Source of the DNA: an uncultured Gammaproteobacteria bacterium
GTDB lineage: Bacteria; Patescibacteriota; Patescibacteriia; JACQRZ01
Assembly (NCBI GenBank): GCA_964621085.1
Contig: CAZUKY010000002.1
Coordinates: 22,637-86,636, forward strand
Reading direction: 5' to 3'
Length of the DNA stretch: 64,000 bases
The first letter of the stretch is position 1. Every line of letters starts with the position of its first letter. Positions 47,855 through 56,519 of the stretch are shown here, in pieces. A model generated the notes under the pieces. That model ran no database searches. It saw nothing but the letters and a program-made list of their open reading frames with translations, and was not told the origin of the DNA. Both the position numbers and the translations under genes were made by a program.

Positions 47855-47931
47855 GTATTTTCTCTGCTAGTGCTGATTAATTGCTCTCATTCAAAAAGTA
47901 TACCGAGTTTATCGAGCTGGCGCGAGCTGTG

Positions 47932-49368
47932 CTATTGGGTCGAGGCTTTTTTGTCGGTGAGAATACTTCCGATCAGGTCTTTCGGCAGGCCGCCCGCGCA
48001 CCAGAGAGACGCGCCATAGATAAGGATGGAAAGGGAAATGAGAACAAAGAGCGGCAAGGACTGCCCGGCAAGCAGAAAGAAGGACATGACTCCCGTTGCC
48101 GCGAGCGCGCGCACAATAATTGTTGCAGACGGCCAGATGCGCGTTTTTCGGAAAAAGACATATGCGCCTACAGCCAGGACGGTCAGTTCGGAAATGACGG
48201 TTCCCCAGGCAGCGCCCCATGAGGAGTAGGGAGGAATAAGTGCAAGATACGCAGCAATGCCTGCGAGAGCGCCAAAGAGATACCCAGCTATCATGCGCCG
48301 CTGTTCGCCAATCACATTGATAAGGTATCCGAAAAAAGAGCTGAAGTATACGATGCCGACACCGAGCGCGAGTATAGCTAGTATCTCGCCCGCCGCGGCA
48401 AACTCCTCGCCCGCGACAAGTCGCATGATCGGACTGCCAAGGAAATAGGCGCCGGCGACGAGCGGCAGGGCAAGAATCGTGAAAACCTCGAACGACCGCT
48501 GAGTGTAACGGCGGAATGACGCCATGTCGTCTCCTGACCACGCGCGCGCAAAGCTCGCCAACATCAGCCCCATAAACATGGGCGGGAAGGTGACCAGAAC
48601 GTCCACAACGCGATATGCAGCGCCGTACAGGCCGACGTCCGCCTCGCCTTTCAGCAGCGAGAGGATGATGACGTCGCCCCGCAGATAGACAAGGTTGAGG
48701 ATAATGGAAAGGGCGATCGGCCAGCTGCGCGAAAGTGTCTCACGCACGATCGCGCGGTTCCATGCCAGACGGATAGAAAAAAACCGCGCGCGGGCATACG
48801 CAAAGAGGATTCCGGCAGGAATGATATTGTTGAGCGTAATCGCGAAAAGAATGGCGTATAATCCGAGTTCCCATGCGTGAATGCCGATCAGGAGGCCGAT
48901 AAGCGCAACGCGCCCAGCCACATCGGCAGCGAAGGGGATATGCATGGAATAGCGGATTTGGAAAAGTGCGCGGAGGAGCTGGATAGCTGAGTTCAGGAAT
49001 ACAGAGAAGAGGAAGAGAACAATACCGATTTTTATTGGCAGGGAGTAGGGGAGGAGAAAGGCGATCGGAACGGCTGCCGCAAGGACGATGGCAAGCGTCA
49101 CGATGCGAAGCGTAAGGATGGTGTTGTAGTTTTCCCGCTCATCGCGCCCGACCTCAGACATCATCTGGATGGAAACAAGGTAGAGGCCGAAGTCCGCAAT
49201 CACGCCAAAAAATCCGGCGAACGAACTGATCACGGTAAACTGCCCATACCCCTCCTGGCCGAGATAGCGCGTCATCATGCCAAGCGCTATCATCGCAAGC
49301 CCGGTATCGACGATCTTGGCGATAACTTGGATTATCGTATTGTGTGCAATTTGCCTCGTCAGGGACAT
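47932..49368 (-). CDS. MOP-superfamily polysaccharide / lipid-II flippase (Wzx/MurJ-like)
   Basis: 478 aa with about 12-14 TM segments. The N-terminal region (..IAKIVDTGLAMIALGMMTRYLGQEGYGQFTVISSFAGFFGVIADFGL..) matches the Polysacc_synt family. Confidence 0.65.
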   Translation of the reverse strand: MSLTRQIAHNTIIQVIAKIVDTGLAMIALGMMTRYLGQEGYGQFTVISSFAGFFGVIADFGLYLVSIQMMSEVGRDERENYNTILTLRIVTLAIVLAAAVPIAFLLPYSLPIKIGIVLFLFSVFLNSAIQLLRALFQIRYSMHIPFAADVAGRVALIGLLIGIHAWELGLYAILFAITLNNIIPAGILFAYARARFFSIRLAWNRAIVRETLSRSWPIALSIILNLVYLRGDVIILSLLKGEADVGLYGAAYRVVDVLVTFPPMFMGLMLASFARAWSGDDMASFRRYTQRSFEVFTILALPLVAGAYFLGSPIMRLVAGEEFAAAGEILAILALGVGIVYFSSFFGYLINVIGEQRRMIAGYLFGALAGIAAYLALIPPYSSWGAAWGTVISELTVLAVGAYVFFRKTRIWPSATIIVRALAATGVMSFFLLAGQSLPLFVLISLSILIYGASLWCAGGLPKDLIGSILTDKKASTQ

Positions 49369-49436
49369 GGAAGTGCTTTAATCAGGGGGAAAATACGCTA
49401 TTGAGTCAAATCTTTATTCATTATAAAGACGTCACC

Positions 49437-49465
49437 TTGACTCATGAGTAAAAAAGTGGTATACT
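49437..49465 (+). promoter_or_regulatory. Promoter (TTGACT-17-TATACT with TGG extension)
   Basis: ttgact(49437-42), 17 nt, tggtatact(49457-65), upstream of the small ORF at 49499. Confidence 0.5.
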
Positions 49466-49498
49466 AAATTATGTTAAAAACAAAAATAAAAAAATTGT

Positions 49499-49738
49499 AT
49501 GTATTCGGTTGAATCAAAAATGAGTTCACGTCAGGTAAAAGATTTTGCGATACTGCTTGCGTTTTCATTCGCGATTGTTGCCGCAACAGCGTTTTCCTTC
49601 CGCACTTTGGACGAACATATCACAAAAGAAAATCAGCTGCGCCATGCAGCTGCATTGAGCGAATCACTGACTCATGCCAGTGAAACTATAGCAGACGTGA
49701 GGGGCGGACGCAACGCCGCTTCACCGGATGCTCGGTAA
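49499..49738 (+). CDS. Small hypothetical membrane protein (79 aa)
   Basis: One TM helix (FAILLAFSFAIVAATAFSF). Framed by a strong promoter and an intrinsic terminator. Confidence 0.45.
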   Translation: MYSVESKMSSRQVKDFAILLAFSFAIVAATAFSFRTLDEHITKENQLRHAAALSESLTHASETIADVRGGRNAASPDAR

Positions 49739-49766
49739 CCTCAAAGAAGAGTTTTAGAAAAATTAC

Positions 49767-49790
49767 ACCGCCTTCGGGCGGTTGATTTTT
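49767..49790 (+). terminator. Rho-independent terminator
   Basis: acaccgcc / ttcg / ggcggt stem followed by tgattttta. Confidence 0.6.
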
Positions 49791-49819
49791 ATTCAAGACT
49801 CTCGTATACTCTCCCACAT

Positions 49820-49891
49820 GCGCCCGTCGTTTAATGGATAGGACACGTGGCTTCGAACCACGCAATGGGAGTTCGATTCTCTCCGGGCGCA
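49820..49891 (+). tRNA. tRNA-Arg (anticodon TCG)
   Basis: Acceptor GCGCCCG/CGGGCGC, anticodon stem CGTGG/CCACG with loop CTTCGAA, T-arm GGGAG-TTCGATT-CTCTC, discriminator A. No encoded CCA. Confidence 0.75.
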
Positions 49892-49904
49892 AGGGCAAGT
49901 TAGT

Positions 49905-49950
49905 AAACGAACAACCGCCTCTCTCCTGAGAGGCGGTTGTTCGTTTTGGG
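49905..49950. terminator. Bidirectional terminator between tRNA-Arg (+) and the MgtE-like gene (-)
   Basis: 19-bp stem aaacgaacaaccgcctctc / gagaggcggttgttcgttt with a TCCT loop and a T-run. Confidence 0.7.
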
Positions 49951-49969
49951 ATACGCTCGCCGATTTTTA

Positions 49970-50611
49970 TCAGAGCATGATGGTACTCGCGATCAGGCCA
50001 TATATCAGCACGCTCGCGGTATCCTGGATGACCGTAGCGATGGGGCCTGCGCCGACGGCAGGATCCTTGTGCTCCAACTGAAGGGCTTCCGTGACGGCCA
50101 ATGCGATCAGTGGCGCTGATGCGATGGCGCCGAACAGCGAGAGCGAGACGGTCGCTGCTAACTCCCAGTCTTTAAACCAGATGAGAATGATTGGTATGAC
50201 CAGTACGGCAAATAAGAATCCAAAGAAGAGCCCTAATGCGCTTTCTTTGAGAAGATATTTTTTGAAATCCGCCTTTCCACTCTTCAGGTCGCGAGCGTAT
50301 ATGCTTTGTGTTTGCGTGCCGACTGCCGCAGCGAGATACACGACCAGAGGAATAAAAAATGCAACAGCGATATTTTTTGAAAGCACCTCCTCAAATCGAG
50401 CGACGACCGATGAAAGGACGATGCCAAGGATAAGTCCCATGAGCAGCGACGGGATCCTGAGTCGAAAAAGAGAGCCTATGGATCCGGTGTCATCATCCGC
50501 CAGTATGATTTTTTCTTTTCGCATATCGTATGTGACCTCTTTAGCATACCAGAAAAACATCCACGCGTGAGGTCGTATGCTCCATTCCGTATTCTTGAAC
50601 GAACGCAACAT
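49970..50611 (-). CDS. MgtE/SLC41-type divalent-cation transporter, membrane domain only
   Basis: Five TM helices. ..PLIALAVTEALQLEHKDPAVGAGPIATVIQDTASVLIYGLIAS.. matches the MgtE C-terminal pore domain. No CBS or N-domain is encoded. Confidence 0.6.
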   Translation of the reverse strand: MLRSFKNTEWSIRPHAWMFFWYAKEVTYDMRKEKIILADDDTGSIGSLFRLRIPSLLMGLILGIVLSSVVARFEEVLSKNIAVAFFIPLVVYLAAAVGTQTQSIYARDLKSGKADFKKYLLKESALGLFFGFLFAVLVIPIILIWFKDWELAATVSLSLFGAIASAPLIALAVTEALQLEHKDPAVGAGPIATVIQDTASVLIYGLIASTIML

Positions 50612-50718
50612 CTTGATTCGCTAGATGCCGACTTTAGTCTCGGCTTTGAAGTTGTCTTTGCCCCCTTCATAAAATTCGGTAAAATAAGTGCACCGTTTGC
50701 TGAATTATTGGAAACGGA

Positions 50719-51135
50719 TTGAACGATGGTGAGCGTATGCTTCTCGTAAAAACGAAGATCGGTCAGAGTGCTATTCATGGCATCGGCTTGTTTGCAGATC
50801 AGTTCATTCCTGAAGGGACGCCGATATGGAAATTTCAGCTCGGCTTTGACCTCAAGGTTGATACAGATGAACTTTCTCGATTGTCTGAGCCGGCAAGGGA
50901 GCAGTTTCTCAAATATGCGTATTTGAATCCGCAAACCAACACATACGTTTTGTGTTTTGATGACGCGCGGTATTTCAACCATTCCGATGACCCGAACTGT
51001 GCGGATGTCGAGTCGCCCGATGGGGAAGAAGAGGGAATCACCGTTGCGATCAAAGATGTTCCTGCGGGCGAAGAGCTGACATGGAACTATCGGGAATCCG
51101 ATGCCGATTTTGAGTCGAAAATGAAAGCGCGATAA
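50719..51135 (+). CDS. SET-domain protein (putative protein-lysine methyltransferase)
   Basis: GIGLFADQFIPEGTPIW.. and the NHS-x-x-PN motif (YFNHSDDPNCA) with E..L.WNY at the C-terminus. 138 aa. Confidence 0.65.
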   Translation: MNDGERMLLVKTKIGQSAIHGIGLFADQFIPEGTPIWKFQLGFDLKVDTDELSRLSEPAREQFLKYAYLNPQTNTYVLCFDDARYFNHSDDPNCADVESPDGEEEGITVAIKDVPAGEELTWNYRESDADFESKMKAR

Positions 51136-51139
51136 GGGT

Positions 51140-51967
51140 ATGCCAGTAGCACGAATTCTCCACTCCGCATTTCTTGATGAGAAATCGCGAGTGTATCACA
51201 TTTTTCACGACGTTCTTTCTGTCATTATTCTTGTTTCGATTGTTGCTGTCATTCTTGAGTCGGTCGACTCCCTGGCCGTGCGCTATGCGCAGTTATTCTT
51301 TTGGGCTGAGGTGGTATTTATCAGTATTTTTCTCTGCGAATATATCATTCGTCTTTGCGTGACGCCCAAACCCCTTGCGTATGCCGTGAGCCCGATGGGC
51401 ATTATTGATCTCATCGCGATTGTGCCCGGCCTTATCGTATTGGGGTATCCGTTAGCGCAAGAATACCTTTCGCTTCGAGTGCTGCGTATCTTGCGTATTC
51501 TTCGCTTGTTGCGTCTTTTTCGGGTGCTCAAGCTTATTAGCTACGCGCAGCGGCGTTGGAATGGGAATACGATGTGGGACAACCTTCAGTGGCAAAATAT
51601 TCAAATCTACGTTTTTTCCGTATTTTCTCTCGTCGTTATTTCCGGTACTCTTATCTATCTTGCCGAGTTGCGGGCCGTCGATCCTGTATTTAAAAATATC
51701 CCCGAGGCGCTGTGGTGGTCGGTGGTAACGGTGAGTACCGTCGGATACGGCGATTTTGTTCCTGCAACACCGTTGGGCAAGGTGATCGCTGCGCTAACGA
51801 TGCTCTCGGGACTTGCGCTTTTTGCAATGCTTGTGAGTGTCATGGGAAAGAGCTTGCAGAGGACTATTTTCGGGTCCACTCTTGAGGAGACCGAGTTGCT
51901 CGGGGGCGGGGTGCAAAGCGCGCCAAAGCGAAAGGTGCGATCGTATCAGCGGTCTGCAAGCAAATAG
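51140..51967 (+). CDS. Voltage-gated-type potassium channel (6TM, Kv-like)
   Basis: S4-like segment with regularly spaced Arg (LRVLRILRILRLLRLFRVLKL). Pore helix and selectivity filter WWSVVTVSTVGYGDF. Start lies 4 nt after the SET gene stop. Confidence 0.75.
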   Translation: MPVARILHSAFLDEKSRVYHIFHDVLSVIILVSIVAVILESVDSLAVRYAQLFFWAEVVFISIFLCEYIIRLCVTPKPLAYAVSPMGIIDLIAIVPGLIVLGYPLAQEYLSLRVLRILRILRLLRLFRVLKLISYAQRRWNGNTMWDNLQWQNIQIYVFSVFSLVVISGTLIYLAELRAVDPVFKNIPEALWWSVVTVSTVGYGDFVPATPLGKVIAALTMLSGLALFAMLVSVMGKSLQRTIFGSTLEETELLGGGVQSAPKRKVRSYQRSASK

Positions 51968-52002
51968 CACCTCGCGTGCGCGCGTTCGGAGCTAGTGCCA
52001 CA

Positions 52003-52692
52003 TCACGCCTGTTCCCATGCCGAGCGGGGATCGGGCATTTCATTGTACTGCTTTCTGAATGTCGCATACTGTTCGGCGCTTAAGTGCCGCGTGTTGAGGC
52101 CGTCAGGGCCGAGATACGTATAGTTCCCATCAGGTTGGAGTTCTGCTGTTTCGATGATCCGTTTCAGCGGCTCGCGTCGTTCCCGATATCCCGATGCATA
52201 ATGGGCCTTATCATCCAACTGATACCCATGGTAGTCCAGCGAGCGATCGGCACTCAATGCTTGATACCGTTGATCTTGCTGGAGCGCCGAGTACAGCAGC
52301 TTCGCATCCGCAACACTTGCGAAATTCGCCACGAACCGAGTTTCTCTTCCGTCCATATGCGACGGGAAGCTTTTTGTCGTATCGATGAATTTGAATGCGA
52401 GCGGTATTTTGAGTTGATGTGCTTTTTCCAAAAGAAGCTCCTTGAGCGCATCAAGTGAAGATATCGGCACATCGAAATACATGCGCTCTTTGCCCCACTC
52501 AGCCGTGCCGGCTGCCTTGCGCTCATTCCATTCATTGTTTGAGTATGAGTGCCAGAACATTCCCTGGTCGGTTTCCCCGTGGGCGTACGTGAAGTTTTCA
52601 AAACGGTCTTTTTCGTTGTGTTCTGGGCTCTGTGTCGAGATATTAAGTTGCTCCCGTATTTTATTGATTCTTTGGTTGGCCTGTGTGCCCAC
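52003..52692 (-). CDS. Hypothetical protein (229 aa)
   Basis: ORF only. No recognisable motif. Overlaps the upstream hypothetical gene by 32 nt. Confidence 0.35.
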   Translation of the reverse strand: MGTQANQRINKIREQLNISTQSPEHNEKDRFENFTYAHGETDQGMFWHSYSNNEWNERKAAGTAEWGKERMYFDVPISSLDALKELLLEKAHQLKIPLAFKFIDTTKSFPSHMDGRETRFVANFASVADAKLLYSALQQDQRYQALSADRSLDYHGYQLDDKAHYASGYRERREPLKRIIETAELQPDGNYTYLGPDGLNTRHLSAEQYATFRKQYNEMPDPRSAWEQA

Positions 52693-53221
52693 TCTGAAAG
52701 ACCATTGCCAGCGCGATTTTTTTCAAAAGCGCGCCATATGCATACGAATCGGCCGATCGTGAAAATTGAAAGGATATGGGTGAGTGCGGATCCCGCTCTT
52801 TTGCTAAACGGTAGTGCGTACGCATTTTATCGAGAAGATGCTTCTCATGCGGTGCAAGAGAAATCGGCAGTGCCTCTTCGCCGCGAAAGAAGGCTCCGAT
52901 ACGAGATGGCGCGTTGTTCAACTCCTCTTCAAATATGATTCGATCGTGTGATGAAAGTTTTGCGGCTACCGCATCCTGGTTATGATAATTGGTCAGAGCG
53001 CGCTGTTCTTCAAAAGAGCGTAATGCACAAATCGCGTTTTCCCGCCGCTGCTGTTCGGCGGTCGTCTTATCGGGATCGACGAATATCTGCTGCTGCCACA
53101 ACTCCTCGACAATGTCGCTTGGCAGATTCCGGTACTGCGCCGGAACGCTATCCAGTGCGGAGGAAGCCGCATCCTGATGCTTGGATTGGGGGGACGCTTC
53201 AATGGGTTCTTGATCTGTCAT
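52661..53221 (-). CDS. Hypothetical protein (186 aa)
   Basis: ORF only. Acidic N-terminus. No recognisable motif. Confidence 0.35.
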   Translation of the reverse strand: MTDQEPIEASPQSKHQDAASSALDSVPAQYRNLPSDIVEELWQQQIFVDPDKTTAEQQRRENAICALRSFEEQRALTNYHNQDAVAAKLSSHDRIIFEEELNNAPSRIGAFFRGEEALPISLAPHEKHLLDKMRTHYRLAKERDPHSPISFQFSRSADSYAYGALLKKIALAMVFQSGHTGQPKNQ

Positions 53222-53328
53222 AGTTCATTCAAACTAGCATGTTCTTTCACAACATCAACTCTCCTGTGTTGTGGGGAGAGGCCTCTTGATTTTTCCAGAA
53301 GGAATCGTATACTATAAAAACTGCACAT

Positions 53329-53404
53329 GCGCTCATAGCTCAGTCGGTAGAGCAGCTCGCTCTTAACGAGATGGTCGGGGGTTCGAATCCCTCTGGGCGC
53401 ACCA
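53329..53404 (+). tRNA. tRNA-Lys (anticodon CTT), CCA encoded
   Basis: GCGCTCA-TA-GCTC-AGTCGGTA-GAGC.., anticodon loop CTCTTAA, T-arm GGGGG-TTCGAAT-CCCTC, acceptor TGGGCGC, then ACCA. Confidence 0.8.
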
Positions 53405-53431
53405 AAAAACCGGTCGAAAGACCGGTTTTTT
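53405..53431. terminator. Bidirectional terminator between tRNA-Lys (+) and hup (-)
   Basis: aaaaaaccggtc / gaaa / gaccggtttttt. Confidence 0.75.
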
Positions 53432-53450
53432 GTTTTTGGTGAGAAATCGC

Positions 53451-53741
53451 TTAGTTCAGGGCGTCCTTGAGCGCCTTGCCTGCCTTGAAGCGGGGGACGG
53501 TGCTTGCCGGGATCTGAACTTTTTCGGATGGGTTCTTTGGGTTGATACCGACGCGGCCCTTGCGCTGTTTTGCAAGGAAGGTGCCAAAGCCGGTGAGCGT
53601 CAGTTCGTCGCCTTTCTTCAGAAGACCAGTGATGTAGCTAAGCATCGCTTCGACCGTATCTTCTGCCTGCTTTTTGCTGAGGCCGGCAGCGTTTGCCAGG
53701 TGCTCGACGAGGTCCGACTTTTTGTACTTTGTCATACGCAC
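53451..53741 (-). CDS. hup: DNA-binding protein HU
   Basis: ..LSKKQAEDTVEAM..GFGTF..RKGRVGINPKNPSEKVQIPASTVPRFKAGKALKDAL. 96 aa. Confidence 0.85.
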   Translation of the reverse strand: MRMTKYKKSDLVEHLANAAGLSKKQAEDTVEAMLSYITGLLKKGDELTLTGFGTFLAKQRKGRVGINPKNPSEKVQIPASTVPRFKAGKALKDALN

Positions 53742-53864
53742 AAAAGGGAAATTTCCCTATAATTATAATTCTTTTTAACGATCGCGCGGGTTTTGAGGTG
53801 TGGCGGACGCGTAGGTTTGCGCCAAATCATCCACAATCTCTGCCTCAAGTATAGCAAAAGTGTT

Positions 53865-54659
53865 TTAAATATCAATATCTTTTTGAATTCGGCTGATGGA
53901 AGCGCACCGTCGTGTCTCCGGATCGATCTCGATGAGTACTGAGTTGAAGACAACTGTGCCGTTCTCGGCGATGTCTTTTCGTGCCGGCGCGCCGGTCAGA
54001 AAGGTATTGATGACGCTCTCAAAATTGATGCCGATGGACGAGTGCTTGAGTCCGACCATGCCAATGTCTGTGATATAGCCCGTACCGCCCGGAAGGATGC
54101 GCTCGTCGGCAGTCGGGACGTGGGTGTGGGTGCCGACAACTGCGGATACGCGTCCGTCCGCGTAATAGCCGAACGTATTTTTTTCCGATGTCGTCTCGGC
54201 ATGAAAGTCGACGATGATGCCGGCGTATTCGTGCGCATTGTGTGTCGAGAGAATGCTGTCCAGCGCGAGAAACGGATTGTCGACGGCATCATACATGAAG
54301 ACCGTGCCGATGAGGTTGATGATGAGAAGTTTCGCATCTCCGACCGAAACCGAAGCGATGCCGATTCCTGAGTTGTTTTCTGGGTAGTTGGCGGGGCGCA
54401 AAACGCGCGGCGGCGTCTCGTTCAGAATATCCGCGCCTTGGGGTTTGGACCAGATGTGGTTTCCCGAGGTGCAGAAGTCGACGCCGGCATTTGTAATGTC
54501 TGCAAGGGTGTCTGGCGTGATGCCTTTGCCGTGCGCAAGATTCTCGGCATTTCCGATAACGAAATCAACGCCGTGTTCTGCGCGAATGGCGGGCAGAAGT
54601 CGCTGCACCGCCTTGCGCCCGGGTTTTCCGACAATATCTCCGATGAAGAGGATTTTCAT
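53865..54659 (-). CDS. ymdB: YmdB-like TIGR00282-family metallophosphoesterase (2',3'-cyclic-nucleotide phosphodiesterase)
   Basis: MKILFIGDIVGKPGRKAV..DFVIGNAENLAHGKGIT.. Conserved immediately downstream of rny. Confidence 0.75.
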   Translation of the reverse strand: MKILFIGDIVGKPGRKAVQRLLPAIRAEHGVDFVIGNAENLAHGKGITPDTLADITNAGVDFCTSGNHIWSKPQGADILNETPPRVLRPANYPENNSGIGIASVSVGDAKLLIINLIGTVFMYDAVDNPFLALDSILSTHNAHEYAGIIVDFHAETTSEKNTFGYYADGRVSAVVGTHTHVPTADERILPGGTGYITDIGMVGLKHSSIGINFESVINTFLTGAPARKDIAENGTVVFNSVLIEIDPETRRCASISRIQKDIDI

Positions 54660-54671
54660 GGAGTTGGTGAT

Positions 54672-56195
54672 TTACCGCGCGAACTCGATAATTCGCTTTT
54701 CGCGGATGAGCGTTACTTTCAACTCGCCCGGATACTGAAGCTCGTCCTCGATGCGTTTGGCGATGGTTTTGGCAAGCTTGTGCGCGCCGACGTCGTCGAC
54801 GTTTTCCGGCGTGACAAAGACGCGGATCTCGCGGCCGGCCTGGATGGCATACGCCTTCTCGACGCCGTCAAACGAGGTTGCCAGGCCCTCAAGTTCAGTA
54901 ATGCGTTGGAGATACTTTTCTGCCGTGTCGCGGCGGGCGCCCGGACGGCTCGCAGAAAGCGCGTCGGCCACCTTGACGATGACGCCCTCGAGCGTGCGCG
55001 GGCTGTCTTCGTGGTGCGCGATTGCCATGTAGGCGATCTCCTCGGGAAGGTTGAACTTCTTCATGATCTCATATCCGATCTGCGGGTGGCCGCCCTGCAC
55101 CTCGTGGTCGACTGCTTTACCGATATCGTGCAAGAGCCCGCCCTTTTTGCAGACGGCGACGTTTGCGCCCAATTCTTCGGCAAGGAAGGTTGCAAGATAT
55201 CCGACCTCCAGCGAGTGCAAGAGCGCGTTCTGGCCATAGCTAGTGCGATACTTGAGCCGTCCCAAAATCTGGACGAGCCGCGGATCCAGTCCCGTGATGC
55301 CGAGCTGGAAGACCGACTCGTCACCGGCTTTTTTGATGTCTTGCGCCAACTCCTGTTTTGCCGCTTCGACGTATTCTTCGATGCGCCCTGGATGGATACG
55401 TCCGTCTTTGAGGAGTTTTTCGATAGCGATTTTTGCAACGTGGCGGCGGATCAGGCTGAAGCTGGAGAGCGTGATCGCCTGCGGCGTGTCGTCGATGATG
55501 ATCTCGACGCCGGTAAGGTTTTCAATCGCGCGAATGTTGCGGCCCTCTTTGCCGATGATGCGGCCCTTCATCTCGTCTGACGGCAAGTTCACCGATGTGG
55601 TTGTCGTCTCGGATACGACCGACATGGCGTAGCGCTGCATGGCGTCTGCGATGATTGAGCGGGACTTCATCTGCAGCTCGTCAACCCCTTCCTGCTCGAT
55701 CTTCTTGATGCGCGCGACAACATCCTCGCGCGCCTCGCGCTCGACGTGGTCAAGAAGGATCTGTTTCGCTTCTTCGCGACTCAGGGCGGCGACGCGTTCC
55801 AGTTTGGCAAGCTGTTCTTCCTTGATTTTTGCGATCTCGCCCTTGATCTGGTCGATCTGCGCTGCTTTTTCGTGGATTTTTTGCTGCTTCTCCTGCAGTT
55901 CGAGGAGTTTTTGGTCAAACAGCGCTTCGCGGCGCTCAAGACGCTGTTGGATATGCGCGGTCTCTTTGCGGCGCTGTTCCGTTTCTTTTTTCGCCTCGTC
56001 GATAATTGCCAGCGCCTTGTCCTTTGCGCGGAGCAGGATGTCGCTTTCTTTTGTCTTTGCCTCGGTCAAAATCTTCTCGGCCTTGTTTTCCGCCGAGTTG
56101 ATCTGGTTTGCGCCGAGCTGTTTGCGGATAAGATATCCCAGCGCGCCGCCCAAGAGCAACGAAACGATCGTTACAATAAAAATAATCGCTTCCAT
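54672..56195 (-). CDS. rny: Ribonuclease Y
   Basis: N-terminal TM (IIFIVTIVSLLLGGALGYLI), coiled-coil, KH domain (..IGKEGRNIRAIENLTGVEIIID..), HD domain (..HSLEVGYLATFLAEELGA..LLHDIGKA..). Confidence 0.9.
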   Translation of the reverse strand: MEAIIFIVTIVSLLLGGALGYLIRKQLGANQINSAENKAEKILTEAKTKESDILLRAKDKALAIIDEAKKETEQRRKETAHIQQRLERREALFDQKLLELQEKQQKIHEKAAQIDQIKGEIAKIKEEQLAKLERVAALSREEAKQILLDHVEREAREDVVARIKKIEQEGVDELQMKSRSIIADAMQRYAMSVVSETTTTSVNLPSDEMKGRIIGKEGRNIRAIENLTGVEIIIDDTPQAITLSSFSLIRRHVAKIAIEKLLKDGRIHPGRIEEYVEAAKQELAQDIKKAGDESVFQLGITGLDPRLVQILGRLKYRTSYGQNALLHSLEVGYLATFLAEELGANVAVCKKGGLLHDIGKAVDHEVQGGHPQIGYEIMKKFNLPEEIAYMAIAHHEDSPRTLEGVIVKVADALSASRPGARRDTAEKYLQRITELEGLATSFDGVEKAYAIQAGREIRVFVTPENVDDVGAHKLAKTIAKRIEDELQYPGELKVTLIREKRIIEFAR

Positions 56196-56472
56196 ACAGA
56201 TGGGTCAAAACCAAAAGGAAGCGAGCGCTTCTTGTTTACGCCATGAATTCTCGTCCGGATACGGAATCCGGCGAGTGAGATGAAAAAACTCCGAAATGAA
56301 AGCTTTTTTTCTGTGCGAGAGTCATGGGAGTGGTGTCTATCGCGACTGATATGTGCCGCAGTCCGCGAAAGAAGAAATACGCTCGTTTTTTGGTTTATTT
56401 TAAGAGTATATGGGTATCATACCATCGATTCGGCGAGACTGCAACCCTCCAGTTTTTCGTCACAATACAAGA

Positions 56473-56499
56473 AAAGCGCCCTGGGGATGGGCGCTTTTT
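56473..56499. terminator. Terminator (minus strand) after the S8 protease gene
   Basis: gcgccc / tggggat / gggcgc stem flanked by an A-run before and a T-run after. Confidence 0.55.
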
Positions 56500-56519
56500 G
56501 CCATGTCTCAAGAGCTGAA

